Translations under genes and position numbers: made by a program
Shown here: positions 62,280 to 64,000 of the stretch, piece by piece
Numbering within the stretch: the first letter of the stretch is position 1
How the letters are laid out: each line of letters opens with the position of its first letter
Assembly: GCF_964194025.1 (NCBI RefSeq)
Contig: NC_134470.1
Location: 7,502,001-7,566,000 of the forward strand
Direction of reading: 5' to 3'
DNA: 64,000 bases
Source: Convolutriloba macropyga
Taxonomy: Eukaryota
The notes under the pieces: model-generated
The model's input: the letters and a program-made list of their open reading frames with translations, nothing else
The model's database searches: none
Told to the model about the DNA's origin: nothing

Positions 62280-64000
62280 TTAGAGTCCCATTATGTCTAC
62301 TGGTGGTCGTGTTCTTCTCGGATATCGACGCTGTTCGTCATTGTCGATGTTGTTCTGTTCGTCTGCAAAGATCGCCGGTTGCTCTTCAATTGCATCCATT
62401 GCTGGTTCCTGCTCCTGCTCGATACCTGTTGGTTCTTCATCACCATTGATTTCTGGCTTCGGGGCCATAATTTAGGATGGTTCAGTGAAAATAACTTGTT
62501 TGTCCCCACCAATGTTATCTTCATCCCACATGTCGGACACAAGCTCCCTAACTCGCCTGTGGATCATCCGATTACGCTGCAGCAATGCATCATCTTCATC
62601 GTCGCTACTTGGCAAATTGTCCGCATCATAACGTTGATTTGGTCGTTTTTCTGCATTTTGCGTGGATCGACGCAGAGGCTGATCATCATTCTCGGATCGT
62701 GCTTTGAACGGTTTCAGTTTGTTATAATGCACAATCTGAATTTCCTTTTTGTTCTTCTCGGAACAAATTTCGTAATCAACCTCATTAGTTTTTCGTACAT
62801 TGGTATATGGACCAGTCCATGGGAGGTAGGACTTCTTTGACTTTGCCAAATGATGCTAAAAGAGCCACACCTTGTTGTCTTTCTGATACAATTTTCCGTA
62901 CGTTTTTTTTGAATAACTTGGCCTTCTGTCTTTGTTGTACTGCGCCTAGGGTCTCACGAACACACATAGGGGCTTCCCAAGAGTTCTCTTCCAACAGTTG
63001 GGTGTACTCACTTACTGTAAATTGTGTATCTGGTGGTTTGGATAACAGTAAGTCAATTGGGCAGACGGCTTCGTCTCCAAAGCGAGAAAGGAGTTTTTCC
63101 TGCCGACTTGTGGACCCAAAGCGAGAAAGGAGTTTTTCCTGCCGACTTGTGGACAGTTGTGTTGTACACAAACTCTACGTATGGGAAGATTGACTCCCAT
63201 TCTCTTGGATTTTCTGAGCAGTATTTGCTGATCACATCTGCCAGAACTCTATTGTGGCGCTCTACTTACCCATTTCCTTTTGGGTGATACGGAAATGTTC
63301 GGGTTCTCTCTATGTTCAGAAGAGTGCACACTTCAGTCGTGAGCTCGCTGCAGAAATTGGCTCTTTGGACTGTATGAAACGTATCGGTTGTGCAATGAAT
63401 CCAAAAGGCTAAACCCGTTTCTCAACGAAAGCTTTTGACACATCTGCCGGTGTTATTATTGAGAGAGGGACAGTGATTACGTATTTCGTAAATTAATCAG
63501 TTATGACCAAGAAGTATTTGTTTCCCGCATCTCCGTTACGCTTTAATGGTCCCAAGACATCGGCAGCCACTTTTGCGAATCGTACTCTCAAAGTGAATGG
63601 TTGCAACTCGGCTTTCAAATTTCTGCCAGCTGTCGATTGCGCAGCACAAAGTTTGCAAATTTTGATCCAATTATCAATGTCTCTTCTCATCATGGGCCAC
63701 AAGAAACGTTGTCGAGTTCTATCGAGTGCCTTGAGTAATGCAAGGTTTCCTCCTGTAACTTTGGAGTCGTGCAGTTGTTCTAGTACGCTGCGCTTTACAA
63801 CTTGTGGTACCGCGATAAGTTCCTGATAGCCGTCTTTGCCAGGAGTATACCACTTTCGTATGAGTATACTATCTTTCATCATGAATTGCTACCAATTACT
63901 CCACAACCCGAGGACTTCAGGTCCCATATTCTGAACCTGTTCCCTCGAGATTGGTTATACTTCAAAAGTACTACAGTTGTACTGTCTGTCATTCAGTGGT
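62280..64000 (-). pseudogene. Integrase (HHCC, rve core, GPY/F motif, acidic tail), disrupted
   Basis: QLHD...CKLC, ADVLGP, YFLVITD, VERHNR, YNTTVH..TPF, PWTGPY, VHYNKLKPF, tail RRYPRRTRPP; stops and frameshifts. Confidence 0.9.
63077..63154. repeat. Exact 39-bp tandem duplication within integrase
   Basis: CCAAAGCGAGAAAGGAGTTTTTCCTGCCGACTTGTGGAC x2 (VHKSAGKTPFSLW twice). Confidence 0.95.

Larger units (their letters stand above)
59482..64000 (-). mobile_element. Ty3/gypsy LTR retrotransposon with env-like ORF, 3' portion, defective; continues right of window
   Basis: Integrase, env-like ORF, purine tract and TG...CA LTR in order on the minus strand. Confidence 0.88.

Overview
AT-rich eukaryotic (animal-like, GT-AG introns) genomic window; the organism cannot be identified from the sequence. 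It is dominated by transposon relics around a head-to-tail cluster of three intact 4-exon 2-oxoglutarate/Fe(II) dioxygenase genes (IPNS-like, DIOX_N + 2OG-FeII_Oxy) on the minus strand (9034-26125, 31283-40049, 44183-52229). Left end: the 3' part of a dead Ty3/gypsy element whose RNase H-linker-integrase-start segment is tandemly amplified as a 1131-bp unit (4 full copies plus a partial one), followed by integrase, PPT and a 492-bp 3' LTR. Right end: a minus-strand Ty3/gypsy relic with integrase, an env-like ORF with a furin site and fusion peptide, and a 3' LTR, probably sitting in an intron of a PAN/apple-domain gene. Introns and intergenic DNA hold Helentron/DINE-1-like elements, CR1/L2-like LINE relics, MITEs, CCC...GGG non-autonomous elements, a 745-bp palindrome with a 1-nt spacer, and a 3.4-kb tandem array of tRNA-like units inside a putative TIR element. 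A 200-N scaffold gap lies at 43487-43686. All calls come from manual reading and translation; no database searches were run.
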